NCBI GenBank assembly: GCA_963847625.1
Contig: CAWKAR010000045.1
Span: 96,001 to 160,000, forward strand
Source: a candidate division FCPU426 bacterium
GTDB taxonomy: Bacteria > Oederibacteriota > Muellerivitia > Muellerivitales > Muellerivitaceae
Direction of reading: 5' to 3'
DNA length: 64,000 bases
Below, piece by piece: positions 38,012-46,806 of this stretch; position 1 is the stretch's first letter, and the number at the start of each line of letters is the position of its first letter. The notes under the pieces are model-generated. The model had not been told where the DNA came from, did not search any database, and saw only the letters and a list, made by a program, of their open reading frames with translations. The translations under genes and the position numbers were made by a program.

Positions 38012-38235
38012 CGGGTTATCGGCTTAGTTCTCGGGTTCTCGGGCAGTTCTCGGGTTCTCGGCCAGTTCCGGGGTTCCGGCCAGTTCCGGGGTTCCGGGCT
38101 AGTTCCGGAGTTATCGGGTTATCGGCCTATTTCTCGGGTTCTCGGCCAGTTCTCGGGTTCCCGGGCAGTTCCGGGGTTCCGGGCAGTTCCCGAGTTCCAG
38201 TGGTTCCAGGCCGGTTCCAGGGTTCCCGGCAGTCC
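38012..38235. repeat. Repeat block D: degenerate 8-10-bp units around GTT(C/A)YCGG / GTTCCGG
   Basis: Over 20 GTTC/GTTA-cored units, e.g. CAGTTCCGGGGTTCCGG and GTTCTCGGGTTCTCGG recurring. Confidence 0.88.
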
Positions 38236-38451
38236 TGCACGCGGGTGTTGGGGTCCTCGGTGTTTATTAAATCCCATGAATCCCATGCATGCCAGCCATC
38301 AATAATTCTTTTAATGAGGCTGGTATCGTACCGATTTCTTTAACTGTCTTAATGTGAATCGGCACATCCGTCGCTAGGTATTATTTTAGACAGGTGTGTT
38401 TTAAAATGAGCTTTCAGAGTTAGCCTGAAGCAGGAAAGGGAAGGTGAAATC

Positions 38452-38865
38452 ATGAAATTTCTGACGGAACACCTTTGGTTCAATACCAAGAAGCACCGGG
38501 AATACATCAACGTCACCCCAGAAGTGGAAAAAGCCGTGAAGAAAAGCGGGATTAAAGAAGGCATGGTGCTTGTTTCCGCCATGCATATCACCGCCGGTGT
38601 CTACGTGAATGACGCGGAAGACGGGCTGATCGGGGATATCGATGAATGGCTTGAAAAGCTGGCCCCTTTTCGCTCGGATTACCGACATCACCGGACAGGG
38701 GAAACCAACGGGGATTCCCACTTGAAAAGCATGCTCGTACACCACCAGGTGATCGTGCCGGTGACGGAGGGAAAATTGGATTTCGGCCCATGGCAGCAGA
38801 TTTATTACGCTGAGTTCGACGGTCAGAGAAAGAAGAGATTGATCATTAAAGTAATGGGCGAGTAG
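38452..38865 (+). CDS. yjbQ: YjbQ/UPF0047 family protein
   Basis: [46 protein letters not shown]. Confidence 0.93.
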   Translation: MKFLTEHLWFNTKKHREYINVTPEVEKAVKKSGIKEGMVLVSAMHITAGVYVNDAEDGLIGDIDEWLEKLAPFRSDYRHHRTGETNGDSHLKSMLVHHQVIVPVTEGKLDFGPWQQIYYAEFDGQRKKRLIIKVMGE

Positions 38866-38893
38866 CTCCCATAATCCGCGCTAGGAGGTTTAA

Positions 38894-39190
38894 TTGGAAT
38901 CCTCGAAGCCTGAATTTGAGAAATACATCTTCGTCTGCGTCAACGAAAGGCCCTCAGGGGAGCGGGTTTCCTGCGGCGGCACAGGTTGCGGAAGGGAAAT
39001 CGCCGCGCGCCTTAAGGACGAGGTGAAAAAAGCCGGGTTGGCGGGTAAAATTCGGGTTTCAAAATCACATTGCCTGGATGTTTGCGAGGATGGGCCCAAC
39101 GCCATTCTCTATCCGGATAATATCTGGTTTAAAAATATAGATTTAGTTGATATTCCCGCGATCCTTGCAAAAGTTGGAATCCAGCCCTAA
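38894..39190 (+). CDS. Thioredoxin-like [2Fe-2S] ferredoxin
   Basis: IFVCVNER...SC...RVSKSHCLDVCEDGPNAILYPDNIW. TTG start behind AGGAGG. Confidence 0.88.
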   Translation: MESSKPEFEKYIFVCVNERPSGERVSCGGTGCGREIAARLKDEVKKAGLAGKIRVSKSHCLDVCEDGPNAILYPDNIWFKNIDLVDIPAILAKVGIQP

Positions 39191-39222
39191 AGTAGTTGAG
39201 TTGTGTGGAATTTTTTGAAAGT

Positions 39223-39565
39223 GGGGGTGACCGGTTTCGACTGGGGAACTGAACTTTTGGATGCGTGTCGAGGCGCCATCGCTCGTCAAACATGGCAACG
39301 GTTTAACTGCCGACAATCAGTTAGCTCTCGCCGCTTAAAGCGGCTAGCGTTTTACCCTTGATGCCTATTAGGGGGATAAAACGTAAGCAGTAGGCTGGTC
39401 CGGATCAGGGTTGCTCCACCGATGGACGGACGAGAACCAATGGGGCTGGCTCTCCGCCGGCCGCTCGGGAGCGAGCGGGGGGCGAGACTCTTTCCTGAGC
39501 TACGCACGTAGTGTCCATAACGGATGTTTTTCAGGACGTGGGTTCGATTCCCACCACCTCCACCA
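39223..39565 (+). ncRNA. ssrA: tmRNA; proteolysis tag (A)ADNQLALAA*
   Basis: 5' GGGGGTGACCGGTTTCGAC and 3' GGACGTGGGTTCGATTCCCACCACCTCCACCA. TAACT then resume codon GCC at 39309, stop at 39336-39338. Confidence 0.97.
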
Positions 39566-39603
39566 TTTTTTATAAAAAAGAATTGAACCCATGGGAAAAG
39601 GTT

Positions 39604-39631
39604 CGGGAAAACAGGGGTTTTCCCGTTTGTT
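39604..39631 (+). terminator. Probable intrinsic terminator after ssrA
   Basis: CGGGAAAAC-AGGG-GTTTTCCCG stem followed by TTTGTT. Confidence 0.55.
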
Positions 39632-39672
39632 CAAAGGGGTACACAGGAGGATTTTCCCATGTGAGCGCGAAG

Positions 39673-39705
39673 CGCGGGTTCCATTCCAATCACCTCCACC
39701 ATTTT
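39673..39705 (+). repeat. Degenerate direct repeat of the tmRNA 3' end (att-like)
   Basis: CGCGGGTTCCATTCCAATCACCTCCACCATTTT vs CGTGGGTTCGATTCCCACCACCTCCACCATTTT (39537-39569), 29/33 identical. Confidence 0.85.
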
Positions 39706-40213
39706 ATTCCGTCATAACCTTGCTGATCCCGTTTCAAACCCATTGCCTAAATTTCTTTCCCTCCTTGATTTTGGTAAATTCCATTTCCATGCGTTGATTT
39801 AAATCCATTGACAGAGTGTCTCTATTCTCAAAATTAATGAATAGGCTTATAAATTTTTTGAAACCGATTACGAATAAAATACTTTCTCGTCAGGGGACGG
39901 CCCTCTGCACCGCAGCGTAGGGCAGGGCTTTGGGTCGCCACTTGGTCGGGGTATGCACCGATTCACCGTAAGACTTTTATGATAATCGGTGCTATACCGA
40001 CCTCTATAAAAGCTTTATGTAAGGTTGGCATGATCCCGGCCAAGTACACGGCTTATCCCCGGCTAAAGCCGGGGCAAGAAATCAGCCGGTTAAAACCAGT
40101 TTGGTATCCAAAGGGACATTTCAACGCTGAATTCCAACCGCCTCAGTCCCCAAAACCGTCCATCCAGTAAAATCGAGGGATTAACTGCCCGAGTTTTTCC
40201 GGGAATTTAAACT

Positions 40214-40241
40214 TTGCAAAGCATAGGGCTTTTGTTAAACT
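40214..40241 (+). promoter_or_regulatory. Sigma70-type promoter for the 40283 gene
   Basis: TTGCAA, 16-bp spacer, TAAACT with extended TG. Confidence 0.45.
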
Positions 40242-40282
40242 ACGACTTAATTTATTCCATCTTTAAATAAAGAGGTTCTTAA

Positions 40283-41356
40283 ATGAAATCAATAAAAGTT
40301 TTGACTGCTGGCTTGATTCTTATATTCGCGGCGCAATGTGTTTTTGCCGCTGGGCCCACGTATATTAAAGACACTATCACCGCATCCACTAGTTGGATCA
40401 AGGATAATAGCCCCTATGTCATCCAAAATGACATCACCGTCGCTAAGGGGGCAATTCTAACCATCGACCCGGGTGTTGAAGTCCAATTTTCGACTCCTCC
40501 CACCGCAAAATCGGGTAAAGAACCAAACCTGGTCATCCAGGGGGGCATTAAAGCTGTTGGCAACGCTACTTCCACCATTTCTTTTGTACCTTCTGTTGCA
40601 GGCGGTCTATGGGGTGCCATTTATTTTTACAACAGTGATCCGGCCAATTCCGTCCTACAGGGATGCCTTATCAAGGGTGGACACATCGTATGCAACGGTT
40701 CCTCGCCGAACATTTCACAATGTTCCATTTATGGTGGGAAAAGCGGTGTTGAGATTGCCGTGAATTCCCAACCTCAAATTATTAATAACCGTATCACTGC
40801 CAACATATACGGCTTAATCCTTTTGTCGGATTCGGCTAACCCGGTTGTTACGAAAAATGAGATTTATAACAATAACTATGGAATTTATTTTAAGGATTTT
40901 GGAACGCCGAATATCTCGGACAACAAAATTTACAACAACCTCAAATATAACCTTGTGAACTACTCGGCAAAACCGCTTTCTATGCCAAATAATGATTTTC
41001 ACTCCGCTGATCCACTGGTAGTTGTAAAAACTATTTATGACGGCGCCAGCAATCCTGCTTATGGGCGTTTGACTGTGGTACCTTTCGCCAGCGCAGGTGT
41101 GGCTGTTCCTGGAACAACTACTACCGCCGCAAACCCTGCTCCCGTCGCTAATGTCACACCAGCCGCCGCAGCGGTTGTGTCCGCGCCCCAAGCGAAACCT
41201 GCGATCCAGGAAGAAGATTTCTGGAGTTATGGAAGGCCTTTTGACGCGATGAAAATCAGCAACTTAGAGCAAAACAAACAGCAACCCTCTGGTGTGGTGA
41301 AGATACTTGCGGTTGGTGCTACCGCTGTTGTTACCGCAGTGCTTTTGTTCTTATAA
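40283..41356 (+). CDS. Exported right-handed beta-helix (NosD/pectin-lyase-like) protein with a C-terminal hydrophobic tail
   Basis: Signal peptide, W-KDNSPYVIQNDITVAKGAILTIDPGVEVQF, PxIxxNxIxxN repeats, Ala/Pro/Thr linker, terminal ILAVGATAVVTAVLLFL. Confidence 0.75.
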   Translation: MKSIKVLTAGLILIFAAQCVFAAGPTYIKDTITASTSWIKDNSPYVIQNDITVAKGAILTIDPGVEVQFSTPPTAKSGKEPNLVIQGGIKAVGNATSTISFVPSVAGGLWGAIYFYNSDPANSVLQGCLIKGGHIVCNGSSPNISQCSIYGGKSGVEIAVNSQPQIINNRITANIYGLILLSDSANPVVTKNEIYNNNYGIYFKDFGTPNISDNKIYNNLKYNLVNYSAKPLSMPNNDFHSADPLVVVKTIYDGASNPAYGRLTVVPFASAGVAVPGTTTTAANPAPVANVTPAAAAVVSAPQAKPAIQEEDFWSYGRPFDAMKISNLEQNKQQPSGVVKILAVGATAVVTAVLLFL

Positions 41357-41645
41357 AATCAATAGGCATTGCCGTTTATCTTCTCGGGCATCTTCAAACA
41401 TAATTCCTGCTAAGTTTTTCTTTATAACATCATTCAGTTCCTTACCTGATCCATGCATGAAAAAAGTGATATATTAGAAAGAGAAATATTTTTTTGAACA
41501 TAGGTTTATAACAAACATCCCGCGTAGAAATTACTTTTCTAAACGGCGGTGGTGGAAGAAGAACAGCGCGGAATCAAATTTTCCTTGATTAATAAATCGC
41601 ACTTGCGGAAAATCGCCTGATTTTTTCAAAAGGTGGACATGGCTA

Positions 41646-42023
41646 ATGTCACCAACATTTGGTGAAAGACGACTTTCTCCCCGCTACCCGGTTAAAATCC
41701 CAATCCGTTTAAGGCTTTTGAAATCGCCAACAGGTGAGAAAGCCGAAACACAGTTACATAACGGGAACAATGTTATGTCCGACATCGGCCGGACAGGATT
41801 TTTCCTGACCACCAAGAATTATTTCGAAATCGACTCGGCCCTCGAGATTGAGTTTCCCCTGGAAGAACTAAAAGAAGTCGTGCGGGCCGAAGTGGAAATT
41901 GTGCGTGCGAATAACCAGAATTTCCCCCATCACGGCCGATATGAATATGGTCTTAGGTTCAATTCCATGCATCCTCATTTCCGGGAAGTGCTTGAAAATT
42001 ATCTGAAGATAGTCGCGGGATAA
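41646..42023 (+). CDS. Single-domain PilZ protein
   Basis: ERRLSPRYPV (RxxxR), DIGRTG (variant of DxSxxG), AEVEIVR, YEYGLRF. Confidence 0.82.
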   Translation: MSPTFGERRLSPRYPVKIPIRLRLLKSPTGEKAETQLHNGNNVMSDIGRTGFFLTTKNYFEIDSALEIEFPLEELKEVVRAEVEIVRANNQNFPHHGRYEYGLRFNSMHPHFREVLENYLKIVAG

Positions 42024-42122
42024 CTGCCAATTTATATTCCTTTCTCAATAGAAAGTTGCCTCGAATGTTGTTCTTGTGCCCCCCGCGTGTTAGAATCTCG
42101 TTTATTTTTCAAAGGAGCTTCC

Positions 42123-42635
42123 ATGCGTTTTATCACCATTTTGTGCTGCTTTTTAGTCGCGTCGGTCTCATTTGCCAAGGATTTCAAGGTCGCGACTGTT
42201 GATTTGAAAAAACTTTTTAACGAGTATCCAGGCAAGAAGAGCGCCGATTTAAAAATGAAGGAATTGATACAGGAAAAACAGAAGGAATTGGCGCCCTTAA
42301 AGAAAGATTTGGAGAAACTTCAGGAGGAGCTGAGCAGTTCCAGTTCCGTTTTGTCCAAAAGCGAGAAAAAGGAAAAAACTTATGTTTTCCAGAAAAAAAT
42401 GGACGATTTCACCAAGCAGCAAACCCAGATGCAATCGGATTTGGCTGACAAGGATACCGAGATGACCCAAAAGCTCCTGGACCGGATCAAGGTTATCATT
42501 GGAAAAGTTTCCAAGGACAAGGGCGTCGACCTGGTTTTGGATTCAGATAAAACTGTTTACGCCAAGGACGCGGTGGACCTGACAGACGATATTTTGAAGT
42601 CTTATAAGGACCTGTCCGCGGATTCCGAAAAGTAA
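42123..42635 (+). CDS. skp: Periplasmic chaperone Skp/OmpH
   Basis: Signal peptide, KVATVDLKKLF, coiled coil, DLVLD...VYA...DLTDDIL. ATG 42123 behind AAAGGAG; upstream of lpxD. Confidence 0.92.
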   Translation: MRFITILCCFLVASVSFAKDFKVATVDLKKLFNEYPGKKSADLKMKELIQEKQKELAPLKKDLEKLQEELSSSSSVLSKSEKKEKTYVFQKKMDDFTKQQTQMQSDLADKDTEMTQKLLDRIKVIIGKVSKDKGVDLVLDSDKTVYAKDAVDLTDDILKSYKDLSADSEK

Positions 42636-42656
42636 ATAACGATCTTATATATTCCC

Positions 42657-43700
42657 ATGGGCGCTTCCCTCACATTGCAAGATTTGGCCTTGAAGATCGG
42701 CGGAACTTTCAAGGGCGAGGGAACCTTGCGCTTAGAGGGTGTGGCACCCTTAGACTCGGCTAAAGCGGGTGACCTGACATTTATCACCAATCCCCGTTAT
42801 GCCAAACTCGCAACAGCCACCCTGGGATCCGCCATCCTTTGCGAAAAAGAAATTCCCGGGGTCTCGAAACCATTTCTTCTGGTTAAAAACCCCTATGCGG
42901 CATTGGCCCGGATCATCAGTTTCTTTTACCCAAGCCGTGTTTTTAACCCTGGCATCCAGGAAGGAGCTTGGGTCCATCCCACAGCCACAGTCCATCCGCA
43001 CGCCAGCGTTTTTCCAGGTGTTGCTGTCTCGGCCGGAGTTAGGATCGGCCGGGGTACGGTCTTGTTTCCGGGAGTTTTCATCGGGGAAGAAGCGGTTGTG
43101 GGGGAAGACTGCATTTTCTACTCGAATGTTACGGTGCGAGAGAAATGCCTGGTCGGGAACCGTGTTATCCTACAGCCAGGCGCGGTTGTGGGCGCTGATG
43201 GGTTCGGTTTCGCTCCCGAGACGGAAGCCTATGTTAAAATTCCGCAAGTGGGAAATGTAATCATCGAGGATGACGTGGAATTGGGGGCGAACACCTGTGT
43301 GGATCGGGCAGCCTTGGGATCTACCCGAATCGGAAAAGGCACGAAAATCGACAATCTTGTCCAGATCGGACATAACGTCGTCATCGGAGTGAATACGGTA
43401 ATTGTATCCCAAACGGGCATATCCGGTTCCACACAGGTTGGGGACCACGTCGTGATGGGTGGGCAAGTGGGTTTAGCCGGTCACTTAAAAATTGGTAATC
43501 ACGTGACTCTGGCCACAAGAACAGGTGTCATGGAGGATATTCCTGAAAAGGGGGTCTATTGGGGCTCTCCTTCCACCGAAATAGCGAATGAAATGAAAAA
43601 TGTTGCGGCTTACCGCCAACTTCCGGCGCTTATCAAGCGCATACGGCAACTGGAAAAAACCCTGGAAGTATTGCGCGACGGCAAAATTCGTGAAAAGTGA
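42657..43700 (+). CDS. lpxD: UDP-3-O-acylglucosamine N-acyltransferase
   Basis: Hexapeptide repeats, GADGFGF, KIPQVGNV, KIDNLVQIGHNV. Confidence 0.97.
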   Translation: MGASLTLQDLALKIGGTFKGEGTLRLEGVAPLDSAKAGDLTFITNPRYAKLATATLGSAILCEKEIPGVSKPFLLVKNPYAALARIISFFYPSRVFNPGIQEGAWVHPTATVHPHASVFPGVAVSAGVRIGRGTVLFPGVFIGEEAVVGEDCIFYSNVTVREKCLVGNRVILQPGAVVGADGFGFAPETEAYVKIPQVGNVIIEDDVELGANTCVDRAALGSTRIGKGTKIDNLVQIGHNVVIGVNTVIVSQTGISGSTQVGDHVVMGGQVGLAGHLKIGNHVTLATRTGVMEDIPEKGVYWGSPSTEIANEMKNVAAYRQLPALIKRIRQLEKTLEVLRDGKIREK

Positions 43701-43707
43701 AAAGTTC

Positions 43708-45021
43708 ATGCGTGGACCCAGGACAATCGCCCGGGGATTCCATTTCGAGGGAATCGGTCTCCATACCGGATGCTTTTGCCGGGTCCGCGTGCTTCCGGCT
43801 TCTCCGGGATCAGGAATATCCTTTTTCCGAACCGACTTACAGGCCCGCATCCCCCTGTCGCCGGATTCCGTCACGAGCACAACAAGGGGAACAACCCTCT
43901 CCGGCGAGAAGGGAGCCACCGTCCATACCATCGAGCATTTTCTCGCCTCGGTGGCGGGGGCCGGCATCGATAACCTACGGGTGGAAATGGATTCGGATGA
44001 GATGCCCATCCTGGACGGAAGCGCCGATTATTTTTCAAGTGAATTTACAAAAGCGGGATGGACGAACCAAGAAGGCAATTCCGTTCCCTTGATCGTCACC
44101 GAGCCTCTGGAACTCAAGTTTGGAGAGGTGATGGTCAAGGCTGAGCCGGCTGATGGGCTCATTTTGGATGTTTTAATATCCTTCCCTTACCCGGGATTGG
44201 AGGAACAACGCTGTACTTTTGCCCTGGAGGACGGCTCTTTTGCCAGGGAACTGGCGAAGGCAAGAACCTTTTGCTTCGAGGAAGAAGTGGAGCAACTGCG
44301 CAGCAACGGCTTGATCAAGGGTGGGAACCTCAACTGTGCTGTTGTGATCGGGGAAAAAGGCATTTTGAACGGCCCGCTGCGTTTTAGCGATGAATTCGTC
44401 CGGCACAAGACCTTGGACCTGTTGGGGGACTTGATGTTGTTGAACCGGCCGCTGAGAGCGAAAGTGACCGCCAGAAAAGCCGGACATAAGACGCACTTAG
44501 AACTAGTAAAGGCCTTAGTAAAAAGATTTTCCAAGGAGGAGGGAAGGGTGAACTCAAAGCCAAACGAGCCCAAGACGCTCGATATAGTAGGGATCCAGGG
44601 GATTTTGCCCCACCGGTACCCGTTTTTGCTGGTGGACAGAGTCCTGGAAGTTGAGCCATATAAAAGGTTGGTAGCCATCAAGAACGTAACCGCCAACGAG
44701 GCTTTTTTTCAGGGGCATTTTCCCGGCCATCCCATCATGCCGGGCGTCCTCGTGATCGAGGCGATGGCCCAGGCGGGAGGGATCTGCTTTCTGTGCGATG
44801 ACCACTCTGGAAAAATGCTTTATCTTGCCGGCGTGGACAAAGCGCGTTTCCGCAAGCCGGTAATGCCTGGGGACCAAATCCGCTTCGAGATCGATGTCCT
44901 GCAAATTAGGTCCAAGATCGGAAAAATCGCCGGAAAGGCGATCGTCGACGGACAGGTGGCCTGCGAAGCGGAGTTAACCTGCGCTATCATCGACCGGAAC
45001 GATGAAAAAGGAGCCCCCTGA
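43708..45021 (+). CDS. lpxC: Bifunctional LpxC/FabZ fusion
   Basis: GIGLHTG, TIEHFLA, PILDGS, ARTF, RHKTLDLLGDL, then LPHRYPFLLVDRV and GHFPGHPIMPGVLVIEAMAQ in one frame. Start at 43690 or 43708. Confidence 0.95.
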   Translation: MRGPRTIARGFHFEGIGLHTGCFCRVRVLPASPGSGISFFRTDLQARIPLSPDSVTSTTRGTTLSGEKGATVHTIEHFLASVAGAGIDNLRVEMDSDEMPILDGSADYFSSEFTKAGWTNQEGNSVPLIVTEPLELKFGEVMVKAEPADGLILDVLISFPYPGLEEQRCTFALEDGSFARELAKARTFCFEEEVEQLRSNGLIKGGNLNCAVVIGEKGILNGPLRFSDEFVRHKTLDLLGDLMLLNRPLRAKVTARKAGHKTHLELVKALVKRFSKEEGRVNSKPNEPKTLDIVGIQGILPHRYPFLLVDRVLEVEPYKRLVAIKNVTANEAFFQGHFPGHPIMPGVLVIEAMAQAGGICFLCDDHSGKMLYLAGVDKARFRKPVMPGDQIRFEIDVLQIRSKIGKIAGKAIVDGQVACEAELTCAIIDRNDEKGAP

Positions 45022-45022
45022 A

Positions 45023-45808
45023 ATGCCGGAAGCGTCCCTAAAAATCCATCCAACCGCCATTGTCCATCCCGGAGCCCACTTGGGGGAAGGGGTGGCTGTC
45101 GGGCCCTATGCGGTCGTGGACGAGCATGTGAGCCTGGACGATGGGACTGTCGTGGGTTCCCATTGCATCATCACGGGGCATACCCAGGTTGGGAAGCGGA
45201 ACCGATTTTTCACAGGTGCGATCATCGGAAGCGAACCCCAGGATGTGAAGTTCCACGGAGAGGAATCGTGGTTGGTGATAGGGGACGACAACCTGATCCG
45301 GGAGTACGTTACCATCAACCCTGGTACTGGGGAGGGAACCAAAACCATCATTGGGAACGACAACTGGCTTATGATCCAAACCCATGTGGGGCACAACTGC
45401 GTCATCGGCAGCCACGTAAAAATGGCCAATTTGGTCACTTTGGGTGGCCATGTTCAAATCGATGATTACGCCACCATTGGTGGCGCAACCCCCATCCACC
45501 AATTCGTCCGCGTTGGCCGGCACGCCATGATGGGGGGAGGATTCCGCGCGGTACAGGACATCACGCCTTACATGATCGCGGGTGACGAGCCGCTGAAAAT
45601 ATACGGCGTGAACCAAATCGGCCTTGAGCGAAACGGGTTCTGCAAGGAAACCATCGACTTGTTGAAAAAAGCCTATAAAGTCATATTCAGGAACAATTTG
45701 ACCCTCAAGGACGCCCTCCAAGCCCTTTCGAATGATTTTCCGCAAACGGAAGAGATTAAATGCCTGTTGGAGTTCCTGTCGTCTTCAACCCGTGGAATCG
45801 TTCGGTAA
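45023..45808 (+). CDS. lpxA: UDP-N-acetylglucosamine acyltransferase
   Basis: IHPTAIV, PQDVKF, IREYVTI, HVGHNC, LGGHV, HQFVRVG. Confidence 0.97.
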   Translation: MPEASLKIHPTAIVHPGAHLGEGVAVGPYAVVDEHVSLDDGTVVGSHCIITGHTQVGKRNRFFTGAIIGSEPQDVKFHGEESWLVIGDDNLIREYVTINPGTGEGTKTIIGNDNWLMIQTHVGHNCVIGSHVKMANLVTLGGHVQIDDYATIGGATPIHQFVRVGRHAMMGGGFRAVQDITPYMIAGDEPLKIYGVNQIGLERNGFCKETIDLLKKAYKVIFRNNLTLKDALQALSNDFPQTEEIKCLLEFLSSSTRGIVR

Positions 45809-45815
45809 TCATTTC

Positions 45816-46625
45816 ATGTTCCCAAAAGCCCAATTAGGTTTAGTCGCAGGATCAGGGGAATTGCCCTTGGAGTTCGCCCGCCAGGCCCATGCAAGAGGAT
45901 TTTCCCTCGCGACCGTGGCCCTCAAAGAATATTCCTCACCCCACTTGTCCCGGTATAGTGAAAAAATAACGTTGATTTCCCTTGGCCAGCTCGGTTCTCT
46001 GATCTCCTTTTTCCGGAAAAACAGAGTCAAAAAAATAGCCCTGCATGGAAAAGTTAGGCATTCCAGTTTGTTTAAAAATATCCGTTTTGATTTAAAAGCC
46101 CTGTCGTTATGGGTCCGGGCGAAAAATCGGTCAGGCGAGTCCCTCATGAAACTTTTGGCGGATGAATTGGGAAAATATGGGATCCGAGTTTTAGACAGCC
46201 GGTTTTTGATGGAAAAATTCCTATCCCCCAAGGGCCTTCTGACGCGTCCAAAACCCACGGCTGAAGAAAGGATGGATATCCGCTATGGTCTCCAACGTGC
46301 CCGCCTATTGGCGCGCTTGGGTATCGGGCAATCTTTGCTTGTCAAAAAGGGCGCGGTTGTAGCCGTGGAAGCCATGGAGGGAACGGATGAAACAGTTTTA
46401 CGGGCCGGGAAATGGGCCGGGAAAGGAACCATCCTGGTGAAGGCCGCCAGTCCCCGGCAGGATTGGCGTTTCGACGTCCCGACGATTGGGCCTCAGACCA
46501 TTCAAACCCTCGTCCGCGTCAAGGCGCGGGGAATTGTCCTGGAATCCGGAAAAGCTTTCTTACTCAAACGCGAGAAAACCATCCGCATGGCGGACCAAAA
46601 AGATATTTTTATTCTGGCCATCTAA
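45816..46625 (+). CDS. lpxI: UDP-2,3-diacylglucosamine hydrolase LpxI
   Basis: LGLVAGSGELP, IGQS, AVEAMEGTD, QDWRFDVPTIG; directly after lpxA. Confidence 0.92.
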   Translation: MFPKAQLGLVAGSGELPLEFARQAHARGFSLATVALKEYSSPHLSRYSEKITLISLGQLGSLISFFRKNRVKKIALHGKVRHSSLFKNIRFDLKALSLWVRAKNRSGESLMKLLADELGKYGIRVLDSRFLMEKFLSPKGLLTRPKPTAEERMDIRYGLQRARLLARLGIGQSLLVKKGAVVAVEAMEGTDETVLRAGKWAGKGTILVKAASPRQDWRFDVPTIGPQTIQTLVRVKARGIVLESGKAFLLKREKTIRMADQKDIFILAI

Positions 46626-46806
46626 CAGGGAAAATATTAATCCGTAAATGAAAGAAAAAGCGCGAATGAACTCAACTTTTATTTGACGGAAGTGAGCTGC
46701 TGATCATCGGGTAATTACAAACTCTCCTTGGCGCGCCGCCAACAAGCTTTTAAGGTTCAACGGGGACGATGGACCTGGACCAGATGGGTGCGAGTTCCTC
46801 AAATCT

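Noticed and set aside
37463..38235. CRISPR array interpretation of the repeat region
   Set aside because: Units are 8-21 bp, tandem or near-tandem, with no unique ~30-bp spacers, and there are no cas genes in the window.
37879..38343. 154-aa Gly/Pro/Ser/Arg-rich ORF
   Set aside because: A by-product of stop-poor GC-rich repeat blocks C and D.
39878..39895. Hammerhead ribozyme core (CTGACGA-GAAA on the minus strand)
   Set aside because: No stem II between CUGAnGA and GAAA and no supporting stems.
39511..40170. Short ORFs at 39511, 39591 and 39979
   Set aside because: They overlap the tmRNA, its terminator or hairpin elements and show no protein-like features.
43708..45021. LpxC-FabZ fusion as a novelty
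   Set aside because: This fusion is already well known in several diderm phyla.
45038..45745. Long antisense ORF over lpxA, and similar shadow ORFs over pilT, cheA, gap and the SprA-like gene
   Set aside because: Antisense or alternate-frame shadows of well-supported genes, with no recognisable motifs.
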